The notes under the pieces are model-generated. The model did no database searches. It saw nothing but the letters and a program-made list of their open reading frames with translations, and had not been told where the DNA came from. 64,000 nt of DNA from contig OY820905.2 in the NCBI GenBank assembly GCA_963555755.3, positions 2,432,001 through 2,496,000 on the forward strand, written 5' to 3'. The position numbers and the translations under genes are program-made. The DNA comes from Nitrospirales bacterium. GTDB taxonomy: Bacteria > Nitrospirota > Nitrospiria > Nitrospirales > UBA8639. This document shows positions 8,983 through 19,023 of this stretch, piece by piece (positions within the stretch are counted from its first letter, which is position 1; each line of letters begins with the position of its first letter).

Positions 8983-9945
8983 TCAGTCCTTTGCCTGACC
9001 TTTCCCAGATTGCACGGCATCCAATAGGGAATGGAGGTTAAATTCGATCAGATCTTCATACGTTTTGACTCGTGGATTTCCTCCAACCATAATGAGAAAC
9101 TTCGCAACGCGAGCCCCAGTTTGTTGAGCAATCCAATTTGGAAGCTTGTCGCTGAAGTACGGTTCCCTCAAGACAAGTTGAATATTTTCTCGTTTCATTC
9201 TCTCAACCAATTGAACAAGATGACGTTGCGTCGGCTCTATGCCAGGGCGAATTTCAATGTGTCCTGATTCCCGCAACCCAAAGCGATCAGCAAAGTAAAT
9301 CGTATCCTGGTGATAGGAAACAAATTGTAACCCTTGGAGGGGCGCCGCAAGTTTCTTCCACTTCACTAACTGCGCATCGATTCGGTTCTCAAATTTTTTT
9401 AAATTCGTTTGAAAGCGATTCTTACCAGCGGGATACACTCGCGCTAAACCCTCGGCGATCGTTTTGGCCATCAACTTGGCATTGACCGGATCCAAATTAA
9501 AGTGTGGATTTCCCAAGGGATGCACATCGCCTTCGCGTCGTGAAAGCACTTCGGGAATTTGTTTGGGGGATATGTTCACGGAACAATCGATATACCCTGG
9601 ATTTCCAGGAAGAAGCATTGGATTTCGAGCGACATCAATTAAGGCGGTGAGCCAAGCATGCTCGTGTTGCAAGCCCATCACAATTAAAACATCTGCTTGG
9701 TTCAATTTCGGAAGGAAACTTGGTTTGATCGGCACACCATGCGGATCTTCGAGCCCTTTGGCCAGACTTTCCACTGTGACAAGATCACCACCAATTCTCG
9801 CCGCAAAATCAGCGAGGTCAGGTATGGAGGTCACAATCTGAAGACGGCCGCCTTGGTCAACTGGTGGCCGCTCCGCCATGCCGAGATTGGCGAGAATCAC
9901 CAGCAATAGTAGCATGGCCCTCGCGACCACTCTTGCTGAGATCAT
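8983..9945 (-). CDS. Metal ABC transporter substrate-binding protein (ZnuA/TroA family)
   Basis: DPH, GDVHPLGNPHFNLDP, YH, E.RPGIEPT. Confidence 0.92.
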   Translation of the reverse strand: MISARVVARAMLLLLVILANLGMAERPPVDQGGRLQIVTSIPDLADFAARIGGDLVTVESLAKGLEDPHGVPIKPSFLPKLNQADVLIVMGLQHEHAWLTALIDVARNPMLLPGNPGYIDCSVNISPKQIPEVLSRREGDVHPLGNPHFNLDPVNAKLMAKTIAEGLARVYPAGKNRFQTNLKKFENRIDAQLVKWKKLAAPLQGLQFVSYHQDTIYFADRFGLRESGHIEIRPGIEPTQRHLVQLVERMKRENIQLVLREPYFSDKLPNWIAQQTGARVAKFLIMVGGNPRVKTYEDLIEFNLHSLLDAVQSGKGQAKD

Positions 9946-9955
9946 CACGCTCTGA

Positions 9956-11740
9956 CTAATCTCTCTCTGTAAATCCATGCTGATGACTTCCTATGACCAC
10001 CTGCCATTGAAATAACACCTGATTATTCGAAGCAAGGGTATTGCCATAATTGGAATGATTGTATTGTAAGATGAAACGCTGAAACTCGCTGGGATAGAAG
10101 GTGATATACGGCGAAAACGTCATGGCATCGGTACGATTTCCGGATGTGTTGACCGTTGTTCCAGCAAATCCGGTGAGAGGATTGGTGACTAACGCTGGCT
10201 CACTTGGCAGCTGATGATAGTCAAATCGAAAACCTGATCGCCACCGTTTGCTGTAGCGATGCTCAAGATACGCATATCCCCCCCAAGCGCCACGAGAAAC
10301 CGTATTGCCAAAAACATCTCGCCGACCTTGTCCAAAATCATAGAGAATCTCTCCATGGAGTGCGAAACTTCGTCGAAGCCCACGCCCCAACGGGTACCAT
10401 CGATAGTGAAAATCCATATTGAACACATGTCGGTCGATCGGATCGGTACTGTCAACGGCTAAGAGGGCATCACCACTCGCTCCCGGCACTCGCGACTGTG
10501 GCGTGTAGAGTCCGGAAAACCCTAGTTCAATATTGTTATCGTCATTTATATCATAGTAAGATCGGATAGAGCCAAACAGCACATTACCTTGAATCACTTG
10601 TCGGCGAAGACCAGCTAAGGGCCCCTCGCCTGGAAGGCCAAAACTGAACCCGGTCCCCGTATTGATCAGAAGATAAAAAGGTGCAGGGACTAGCCACGAC
10701 AACTCAATGCCATCGGTTCGGTTCCCATTGCCAAAAATTTGCGCCAACGAAGGGGGGACATCAATTTGAGGAAGATCATGCGCATGACGACGACCAAGAA
10801 ATCCCCAATCCGAAAAGAAACGTCCCCCTCGAATGGACAGGTTGTACGGTAGCGACGTGGTTTGAATCGCGGCCTCTTCAATTTCAAAAGCGGCTTTCCC
10901 AAACTCCTCGCTTCCTTGAGCATTAATACCTTCGGCATGTCCCGAAGCGATCAGATAGGCTCGCGCAAAGGGATCGACCTCCGCCGAAGCGAACAATTCG
11001 ATTGTCCTGAGAGCCGAAGAAAAATTCGAAGGAAGTCGGGTACCGACATCTCCACCAGCGTCAGCGCCATCTCCACCTACAAATCGTTGACGCCGTTGGG
11101 TATAGCCAAAAATCGTTTCAAACACGAGCCCGATGGCTGGATTAAATCGATTGAGAAGTGTTTGCCGTCTGAGAATCGCGGCTTCCCGCAAGTCAGGCGG
11201 TTGATCGAGTTCCGGAGGTACAGCCATAGGCATCCCTCCAGTTCTGGGGAGGAGGTCTTTGGTTTCAGTCGTGGCTTTAGCGCCAGGAATTCGTTCTTCA
11301 ATAGCGGAGCTCCTTGATGGATGTGTACCACCAGACTGTTGCCTCTCCGATTGAGGTTTGGGGCCTTGAGGAATATTCATTGGCATACCGCCGGTTCTGG
11401 GGATCAAATCTTTCGGATCACTTTCCACAACGGCTCCGGGAACACGTTCTTCGATAGCGCCCCTGTTTCCACTCGATGCCTCAGTTTCCTCTTCCATCTC
11501 AGAGCTTTGCCCTACTATGTGTGTGTCATGAACATGGTCATGTTCCACCTCACCACCTGAATTGCCCTGCGATTCAACAGCCGGCACCCAAGATCTCTCA
11601 GCTAATGCCAAACCAGACATCAACACACAATGGATCACGGTGAAACCTAATACCCATATTGGAAATTGGCACGGATTGTCCGTTTGCCTCCCTAACATAA
11701 ACATATTTTCGTCCTTTCTCCTCTTCAAACCAACGTGCAT
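9956..11740 (-). CDS. Outer-membrane beta-barrel protein linked to metal uptake, with His-rich repeated N-terminal arm
   Basis: NPAIGL, EL...AEVDPFAR, EIEEA, HAHDLP, PSEFQRF, C-terminal IGSHQHGF; start uncertain. Confidence 0.75.
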   Translation of the reverse strand: MHVGLKRRKDENMFMLGRQTDNPCQFPIWVLGFTVIHCVLMSGLALAERSWVPAVESQGNSGGEVEHDHVHDTHIVGQSSEMEEETEASSGNRGAIEERVPGAVVESDPKDLIPRTGGMPMNIPQGPKPQSERQQSGGTHPSRSSAIEERIPGAKATTETKDLLPRTGGMPMAVPPELDQPPDLREAAILRRQTLLNRFNPAIGLVFETIFGYTQRRQRFVGGDGADAGGDVGTRLPSNFSSALRTIELFASAEVDPFARAYLIASGHAEGINAQGSEEFGKAAFEIEEAAIQTTSLPYNLSIRGGRFFSDWGFLGRRHAHDLPQIDVPPSLAQIFGNGNRTDGIELSWLVPAPFYLLINTGTGFSFGLPGEGPLAGLRRQVIQGNVLFGSIRSYYDINDDNNIELGFSGLYTPQSRVPGASGDALLAVDSTDPIDRHVFNMDFHYRWYPLGRGLRRSFALHGEILYDFGQGRRDVFGNTVSRGAWGGYAYLEHRYSKRWRSGFRFDYHQLPSEPALVTNPLTGFAGTTVNTSGNRTDAMTFSPYITFYPSEFQRFILQYNHSNYGNTLASNNQVLFQWQVVIGSHQHGFTERD

Positions 11741-11835
11741 GCGCCAAACCGTTAGTGCACCTCATACAGGGACAATTCACAGAAGATTTCTGTGCACGCT
11801 AGGCAATCGATTGGCCTGTTAGAAATGGGAATGAA

Positions 11836-12165
11836 TCAGGAAAAAGGCGGGGGGCGAGGTAACTGAAAAGACAAACCTACAAACGAAACGAATAGTGGAT
11901 TCCGCGAGATTTTTTCTTGAAAGACATCAAGGGGTAGGACTTCGGTCAGAGGTTTTTCAAAGGTATATATTCCATTCGCATGCTGCTGCACCCACTGACA
12001 CAAATCAAAATCAGAATGCTCATGGCCATCATGATCGACTTCAGCAAAAACATGATGAATCTCGAGCGCACCAGAGAAGGGAAGCAGACAGAAAAAAACC
12101 AGCCCCACCATGATTGCTATTTTACGCAAAACCACTCGATTGAAAAATTTCATATCAGTCTTCAT
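11836..12165 (-). CDS. Small His-rich membrane protein (DUF2946-like)
   Basis: TM helix, HHVFAEVDHDGHEH, C-terminal PRPPP. Confidence 0.65.
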   Translation of the reverse strand: MKTDMKFFNRVVLRKIAIMVGLVFFCLLPFSGALEIHHVFAEVDHDGHEHSDFDLCQWVQQHANGIYTFEKPLTEVLPLDVFQEKISRNPLFVSFVGLSFQLPRPPPFS

Positions 12166-12198
12166 TGGGCGCAGAACTTAACAAAGCCTTAAAAGTCC

Positions 12199-12225
12199 TG
12201 TCAAGTTATTGCAAGTTGTTTGCAA
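12199..12225 (-). promoter_or_regulatory. Putative Zur/Fur-family operator beside a TTGACA -35 box
   Basis: TTGCAA-N5-TTGCAA palindrome 12209-12225; minus-strand TTGACA 12204-12199, upstream of the metal operon. Confidence 0.55.
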
Positions 12226-12265
12226 ATAGAATGATTGCCGCGTGGTTGTAGCTTGTTGCCACCTT

Positions 12266-13752
12266 TTACTTCTTCGCCACAGTCTCCTCTTTGAATGCCT
12301 TAAAGAGGGACCCGACCATGAGGAGCATAATAAAGGCAAAGGGAAAGGCGGCCAGGATGGACCCGGTTTGGAGACCTTTAAGGCCACCAGACCAGAGCAG
12401 GACGGCAGCGGCCACCGATTGAACAATTCCCCAAGTAAATTTCACGGAATTCGGCGGATTCAAATTACCATTGGTGGTTAACGTCCCAAGAACAAAAGTG
12501 GCTGAGTCAGCCGAGGTGATGAAAAAGGTGGCAATCAGAAAAATGGCAACCATGGACATCACTGCCCCAAAAGGAAACTGCTCGAGGAGGGTAAAGAGGG
12601 CCACCTCTTTCCCTTGCACTTCAATCACATCCTTGAGTCCGGCGTGATCGAACATTTCCAGGGAGATGGCGGTTCCTCCAAATACCGAGAACCAAAATGC
12701 ACAAAAGAGTGACGGGACCAACAACACACCTAGCACAAATTCACGAACCGTCCGGCCCCGAGAAATCCTGGCGATAAACGTTCCGACAAACGGTGCCCAG
12801 GCAATCCACCAGGCCCAGTAGAAGAGTGTCCAATCCTGAATCCAGCGGGAATCATCAAAGGGTGCCAAATATAAACTCATTTTGGGTAAGTTGTGCAGAT
12901 ATTCGCCCAAGGCTGTGGTAAAGACATCCATGATGAACTTTGTCGGCCCCAGAAACAAAAGGAATCCCATTAAGGAAAGGGCTAGCACCATGTTCAGGTT
13001 ACTCAAATATTTGATGCCCCGGTGAAGGCCAGTCTGGGCCGACAACATATACAGGCCGTGACCACGGCTATCAGAATCAATTGAGTCATGACGGTATTGG
13101 GCAGGTCGAACAAGTAGGATAACCCGCCGCTTATTTGGATTGCCCCAAATCCCAATGAGGTGGCCACACCAAAAACGGTCGCAATGACCGCAATAATATC
13201 AATGGATTTCCCAACCCACCCCTGGGCGTAGCCTTTTAACAACGGCTTGCAACTTGCGCTGATGAGTCCAGGTTCCCCTTTCCGAAATTGAAAGTAGGCT
13301 AAACACATAGCCACCATCGTATAAATCGCCCAGGGTTGAAGACCCCAATGGAAAAACGAGTACTGTAAAGCAAGACTTGCGGCTTCAGGAGTCTCGGGAG
13401 CACCAAACGGGGGATCATAAAAGTGGGCGCTTGGTTCGGCTACTCCCCAAAACACCAGCCCAATCCCCATTCCGGCGGAAAATAACATGGCAAACCATGT
13501 CACGAGGGGAAATTCAGGCTTTTCGCCATCACGACCTAAGGGAATATCCCCATACCGAGAAAAGATGAGCATCACTGCGGAAACAAGGAGACCAACTGCA
13601 CAGAGAAGATAGAACCACCCAAAGGCATCCAATAGCCATGTTTGGATTGAACCGGTCACTTGGGCTAATTGATTAGGGGCCAAGCCTCCCCAAAGCAGAA
13701 AGGCAGAGGCTAAACTCAGGGAAAAGACAAAAACGGTGGTGCCGCTCTTCAT
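12266..13752 (-). pseudogene. BCCT-family glycine betaine transporter (OpuD/BetL-like), frameshifted near 13055
   Basis: N-half WFAMLFSAGMGIGLVFWG, C-half WTLFYWAWWIAWAPFVG...ITSADS; one missing C restores the frame. Confidence 0.88.
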
Positions 13753-14081
13753 AACATCTTAATTTCCTTCGGATCATATTTCAGTTGTGTGATGTGATGC
13801 CTTTTGGGTAAATTTTTATTGACTCTTATAACAAAAATGTAAATTAAAACAATATGTTATATATATTTTACAGAGATCGTGTACAGTGTGCAGGGAATGG
13901 AAAGAGAACACAAGAAAAATCTATAATTGTTTTGAGGGGGTTGTTCTTGGGTGGCGATATCGTTAGACTAAAGGCTCCTACCGACAGGATCATCCTTAAG
14001 CCACACGAAATTCTCACATGTGCCGGAAAAACTTTGTGGGGAAGAGGATGATGGAGACTGAACGTTTTGAGGAGGCAGACC

Positions 14082-15734
14082 ATGGGGAAAGAACAACTGT
14101 ACGGGGAAAACCCTATTGCCCAACGAAAAACTGATCTGTACAAAAAAGAATATGTACATAGTTTTGTCAAGAAATGGGATGAATTAATCGACTGGGACGC
14201 TCGAGTCCAAAGTGAAGGGGACTTTTTCATCAACCTGATGAAAGAGCGGGGAGTTCGCAAGGTCCTCGATGTGGCTACGGGAACGGGGTTTCACTCTATT
14301 CGACTCTTAAAAGCCGGCTTTGACGTGACCTCCGCAGACGGAAGCCCGGAAATGCTGGCGCAAGCGTTTCTAAATGGCCGTCGGGCCGGATTCATCATGA
14401 AGACCATTCATGCAGACTGGCGTTGGTTAAGCCGGGATATCCATACCCAATACGATGCTGTGATCTGCCTCGGAAACTCCCTGACCCACCTTTTTTCTGA
14501 ACAAGACCGCCGGAAAGCCTTGGCAGAATTTTATTCGACTTTGAACCACGATGGCGTGCTTATTCTTGACCAACGCAACTATGACGGAATGCTGGATAAT
14601 GGGTTCACCTCCAAGCATGTGTACTACTACTGCGGAGAAAATGTCTCAGCCGAACCGGAGTATGTAGATGAAGGGCTGGCTCGCTTCCGATATCGATTCC
14701 CTGATAATTCAGAATACCACCTTAATATGTACCCGCTTCGAAAAGATTATGTCCGGAAACTCATGGAACAGGTCGGTTTCCAGCAGGTCAAAACGTATGC
14801 CGATTTCCAAGAGACCCATCGGGTAGAGGACCCCGACTTTTTTGTTCATGTGGCGGAAAAGCTCTATAAAAACGAAGAGCGGTCCAACAAAGTCTCTCTC
14901 TCGGCGACCTATTCCTCGACCGTCGAAACAGCCAGGAACTATTACAATAGCACCGATGCCGACCGATTCTATGCCACCGTCTGGGGAGGCGAAGACATCC
15001 ATATCGGGCTATATGAACAAGATACGGATACGATCTTCGACGCCAGCCGTCGTACGGTTCAAACCATGGCGTCTATGATTAAGGATTTGGGTCCCAAAAC
15101 TCGAATTCTGGATATTGGGTCTGGGTATGGTGGCTCGGCCAGGTATTTGACTAAGCAATACGGCTGTCATGTGGGATGCCTGAATCTGAGCGAAATTCAA
15201 AATCAGCGTAATCGTGAATTGAATCAACGGGAAAGGGTATCGCTGGCGATTAATGTGGTTGATGGGAACTTTGAAGACCTTCCTCTTCCAGACGGGAGTG
15301 TAGATGTGGTCTGGTCTCAGGATGCCATCTTACACAGTGGAAATCGCCAGAAAGTCCTTGAAGAAGTCTGTCGGGTCCTCGCCAAAGACGGACAGTTTAT
15401 TTTTACCGATCCCATGCAAAGTGAATCCTGCCCCAAGGACGCCCTACAACCTATTCTCGATCGAATTCACCTGGATTCGCTGGGCTCGATTTCGTATTAT
15501 AAAGACATTCTATTAGGCTTGGGGTTCAAAGAGATTACCATCGTGGATCACTCGATACAATTGAGTAACCATTACGGTCGGGTCCTGCAGGAAGTCCAGG
15601 CCAACAACATGGACCTCATGCGCGTGTGCAGCGATGAATATATCGATCGAATGAAAACCGGTCTTCAACATTGGGTGGATGGCGGTAAGGCTGGTCACCT
15701 CGCCTGGGGAATCTTCCATTTCCAGAAAACGTGA
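14082..15734 (+). CDS. Fused glycine/sarcosine and sarcosine/dimethylglycine N-methyltransferase (glycine betaine synthesis)
   Basis: KWDELIDW..R, LDVATGTGFHS, CLGNS.THLF, DQRNYD; second domain YYNSTDAD.FY..VWGGEDIHIG, WSQDAILH. Confidence 0.92.
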   Translation: MGKEQLYGENPIAQRKTDLYKKEYVHSFVKKWDELIDWDARVQSEGDFFINLMKERGVRKVLDVATGTGFHSIRLLKAGFDVTSADGSPEMLAQAFLNGRRAGFIMKTIHADWRWLSRDIHTQYDAVICLGNSLTHLFSEQDRRKALAEFYSTLNHDGVLILDQRNYDGMLDNGFTSKHVYYYCGENVSAEPEYVDEGLARFRYRFPDNSEYHLNMYPLRKDYVRKLMEQVGFQQVKTYADFQETHRVEDPDFFVHVAEKLYKNEERSNKVSLSATYSSTVETARNYYNSTDADRFYATVWGGEDIHIGLYEQDTDTIFDASRRTVQTMASMIKDLGPKTRILDIGSGYGGSARYLTKQYGCHVGCLNLSEIQNQRNRELNQRERVSLAINVVDGNFEDLPLPDGSVDVVWSQDAILHSGNRQKVLEEVCRVLAKDGQFIFTDPMQSESCPKDALQPILDRIHLDSLGSISYYKDILLGLGFKEITIVDHSIQLSNHYGRVLQEVQANNMDLMRVCSDEYIDRMKTGLQHWVDGGKAGHLAWGIFHFQKT

Positions 15735-15740
15735 GGGGAT

Positions 15741-15819
15741 CGTAATCCGTGAGGCGTGATCCGTAAAAAGAGAAATTTTTCTATCTTACGACTCACGGAT
15801 TACGGTTTACGGATCACGA
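15741..15819. repeat. Inverted heptamer (cgtaatc/cgtgagg-type) repeat cluster between convergent genes
   Basis: cgtaatc-cgtgagg-cgtgatc-cgtaa followed by complementary ttacgga/tcacgga units. Confidence 0.7.
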
Positions 15820-15895
15820 AACCTCCCATGCGCAACTGCATGCATATTTCCGTACAGCCATGTCGTGAAGTAGATTGTAGGTAGGCAGGTAACGC

Positions 15896-17284
15896 TTAGC
15901 GTTCTATTTTCAGACCCTTGGCTGGTCTGGCAAAATCTCCTGATGCGCCGAATCGGCCTTCTTCACCCAGCACTTTATCAGGATCGGTATATTGTAAGTC
16001 GGTGATTTGATCGTCGCCTTCGTCTTTGAGTGGCTCCCAGCCTAACTTTTCTAATGTCTCCAGAACCATCTTTTTTAACGCGCTCGTCGCGGTGAGCCGG
16101 GTGGAGGCAAAGGCCATGACTCGCTCGCTTTCTTTTCCCACCTTCGAGGCATCTGGGTCATGGAGAAACGCCACAAGGGGTTCAATCGCCACATCTCCCA
16201 TCAAGACCAACGATGAAGCCGCGTACTCTCGCAATACAATGTCCTTTAAAAGAAAAATAAGATCCGGAATCACCTTCTGGTCACGGAAATGACCCAACGC
16301 CGTGGCGGCAGCTTCTTTGATCAGTTGATCCTCACTGATAATGCAGCCTGGAGTCGGCGTCCCTTGTTGAATAAACCCCTTCCCTTTGAGCGCGTCCATC
16401 ACAGGCCGTAAAGCCCTGGCATCCCCGATCATTCCCAGGGCGGATATCGCATGGCGTTTGACGGCTCCCTCTTTCATGGCCTCTATCAACCCCTCTACAG
16501 CCTTGGGGTCACCAATAATTCCCAATGCAATCGTGGCATCTTCACGCACGGCACGATCATCATCTTTGAGAGCCAGGATTAACGCATCAACCACCCGTGA
16601 ATCCGTGGTCCAGGCCTTGCCCATCTGATAGTCAGTCGTCATTCCTCCCAACGCACGAACCCCATGGCAGCGAACGACAAAATGTGGATCTTTCAGGGTT
16701 TCGATTAATGCGGGGATGGAGTCTTCCCCAATATACAGCAACGCAGTCCCGGCGGTTTCCCGAACAATCTTCGACGTATCTTTAAACAGTTTAATGAGTG
16801 CGGGAACGGCTTTTGAATCGCCAATGCGTCCTAACGCCTCAGCCGCAGCACTTTTGACAGCGCCATCACGATCCCGTCCGGCGACAATCATTAAGCCCTG
16901 AACAGCTTGCGAATCTTTGAGTAATCCGAGGGATTTGGCGGCTTGCTCACGAACTCGCCACCGCTCATCTTTCAAACAGGTGATCAATTTGGGCACCGTG
17001 GTCTGACCCATCGAAGCCATGGCCAAGACAGCCTCAGCCTGAACCTCCATCATGGAATCATTGAAAAGGACTATAAGCCCATCGATGGCTCGCTCTCCAG
17101 GGATTCTGGCCAAGGCCCATCCGATCTGAACCCGAACCGCCCAGTAGTCGTCTTCTATGGCCGTCAGAAGTTCCTCAAGGGTATTCGGATCCCCTAGGTC
17201 AGCCAAAGCCTTTGCGGCTTCCTCGCGGGTCGCATCATCAACATCTTCTAAGGCTTCAATCAAATCTTGAATTCTTTGAGACAT
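15896..17284 (-). CDS. HEAT/PBS-lyase repeat protein
   Basis: Repeated L.D....VR..AA.ALG.IGD..AV..L units. Confidence 0.92.
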   Translation of the reverse strand: MSQRIQDLIEALEDVDDATREEAAKALADLGDPNTLEELLTAIEDDYWAVRVQIGWALARIPGERAIDGLIVLFNDSMMEVQAEAVLAMASMGQTTVPKLITCLKDERWRVREQAAKSLGLLKDSQAVQGLMIVAGRDRDGAVKSAAAEALGRIGDSKAVPALIKLFKDTSKIVRETAGTALLYIGEDSIPALIETLKDPHFVVRCHGVRALGGMTTDYQMGKAWTTDSRVVDALILALKDDDRAVREDATIALGIIGDPKAVEGLIEAMKEGAVKRHAISALGMIGDARALRPVMDALKGKGFIQQGTPTPGCIISEDQLIKEAAATALGHFRDQKVIPDLIFLLKDIVLREYAASSLVLMGDVAIEPLVAFLHDPDASKVGKESERVMAFASTRLTATSALKKMVLETLEKLGWEPLKDEGDDQITDLQYTDPDKVLGEEGRFGASGDFARPAKGLKIER

Positions 17285-17295
17285 AAAATATCCCT

Positions 17296-17769
17296 CTAAT
17301 TCATACTCGTATAATCGTAATCACGTTCTTGTTTATACGGTTGCGTGTGACTACACACAATAACGAGCGTATGTGTGCTTCGGCCATTCACGCACTGCGA
17401 TAAGGATTCATCAAATTCTAATTGGCCATCGAGCGTCACACGAAACAAAAAATCGAAGGTAAAGGTGCCAAAACGATATTCACCAGGTTTTAACTTGATT
17501 TCGTGAACATCAGTTGTCCGATACGACTCGTACGTCATTGGATCTTTCGTCCAAATAAGTGGGGTGACACCCGGAACATGCCACCAGGTGGGAGGATTCA
17601 ACGCTGTGGGATCAATAGTAATGGTATGTTCTCTGGTGAGAGGATTCACGAGTTCAGCAGCAATACTGGCACCGGCTTGAAAGAATCCAAGCAAGATCAC
17701 CATGACCGCCCCAGCCAAAAACGAACTCAATGGAGCCAACTGATTTAATTTACCGCCCCAAACTTTCAT
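17296..17769 (-). CDS. Hypothetical exported protein
   Basis: Hydrophobic N-terminal segment, co-oriented with neighbours; start uncertain. Confidence 0.6.
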   Translation of the reverse strand: MKVWGGKLNQLAPLSSFLAGAVMVILLGFFQAGASIAAELVNPLTREHTITIDPTALNPPTWWHVPGVTPLIWTKDPMTYESYRTTDVHEIKLKPGEYRFGTFTFDFLFRVTLDGQLEFDESLSQCVNGRSTHTLVIVCSHTQPYKQERDYDYTSMN

Positions 17770-18769
17770 TGCCTGTAGTCTTTCGTTCAGGGGTTGCCAC
17801 AAAAATTTCATTGAGGGGCTTGCTCTGCCATTCCGTGTGAGTTTCCAAACCCAAGGCTTCCATCACTGTTGCGCCTGTATCCATAATTGAGACTGTGGAT
17901 TTGATACGATATCCTGGCTTAATATTCGCTCCCCACGCAATCCAGGGAACGGAAATACCTTGGAGGGCCTGTGTTCCAGACGAACCATTTTCATGCCCGC
18001 TCTTTGCCATGCCTTGACCATTCAGACCGGTGACAATCACCATTGTCCTGTCTAAGACTTGATACCCGCGATAAATTTCGAGAACATCTCCGATGGCTGT
18101 ATCGACTGACGTGAGCACCTTGCTATAGGCATTGGAGTCCCACCCGCGCTTTAACGCGGCATCTAATGGTGCGGGAAAATGCGTGACAAGAAGACCAGGA
18201 ACAGTGAACAGCCGAAATCCATATCCTCCTCGACTCGTGACCTTGCGGAGATAATCCTCAATGTAGCCAACCACGGTTTCAGGGTTGCATTGCGGTTTGG
18301 CTTTGCCGCACGTCTGGAGATCTACATAAATTTCAGGTCTGGATAATTGATAAAACCGTTCATCCATAATAAACAGTGCGGTATCTATGCCACCAGATAA
18401 ATCGAGGTAATCAAACATCGTTGGTGAACGAAGAAACGATCGAGAGAAATCATACGTCTCCCACTCGTGATTGATCCGATGCTGGGCCACGGGGAGCCCG
18501 GTCAGGAGGGTCGCCATCGCGGGCACTGTCAGAGGTGGGGAAACGGACCGAGCGTGAAGTTTAGTCGCTCCTTCTTTGGCCAACTTTTTGAGGACGGGTA
18601 AGTCGTTGGCTTCTATTGTCTCGCTATTAACCCCTTCCAGCACAAAAAGGATGACATGCTGAGCCTGAACGGCAAACGCTACAGAAGACCACAACAAAGA
18701 CACACTTAAGAATAGGGCTGACGCCCCAAACAATAGACAAAACCGAAAATGCACAGGATTTTTCTTCAT
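17750..18769 (-). CDS. Alkaline phosphatase/nucleotide pyrophosphatase-superfamily protein with degenerate metal sites
   Basis: HVILFVLEG, PPLTVPAMATLLTG, VD..IG, VPWIAWG, SIMDTGAT. Confidence 0.8.
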   Translation of the reverse strand: MKKNPVHFRFCLLFGASALFLSVSLLWSSVAFAVQAQHVILFVLEGVNSETIEANDLPVLKKLAKEGATKLHARSVSPPLTVPAMATLLTGLPVAQHRINHEWETYDFSRSFLRSPTMFDYLDLSGGIDTALFIMDERFYQLSRPEIYVDLQTCGKAKPQCNPETVVGYIEDYLRKVTSRGGYGFRLFTVPGLLVTHFPAPLDAALKRGWDSNAYSKVLTSVDTAIGDVLEIYRGYQVLDRTMVIVTGLNGQGMAKSGHENGSSGTQALQGISVPWIAWGANIKPGYRIKSTVSIMDTGATVMEALGLETHTEWQSKPLNEIFVATPERKTTGNESLGR

Positions 18770-19023
18770 GAATGTTTTCGATATGCAGGTTGAATAAAAT
18801 GGGTGTGTTAGGACCTTAAAAATTACAAAACCCCTCTCTACACCAGCTGAAATCAACTTACCATGCACATTTTCTGACGGTCAACTATCCGCTTCTTTCA
18901 CGACCTTTCACAAAAAAATGAAGTCAATTGGAGGTTCCCACTAGTCGGTTCATCGTTGCACGGCATTCCTCTTTCGAGGTATGAGAAGGGCCTCAGCCAT
19001 TTACTTGATAGGGACCGGACCAG

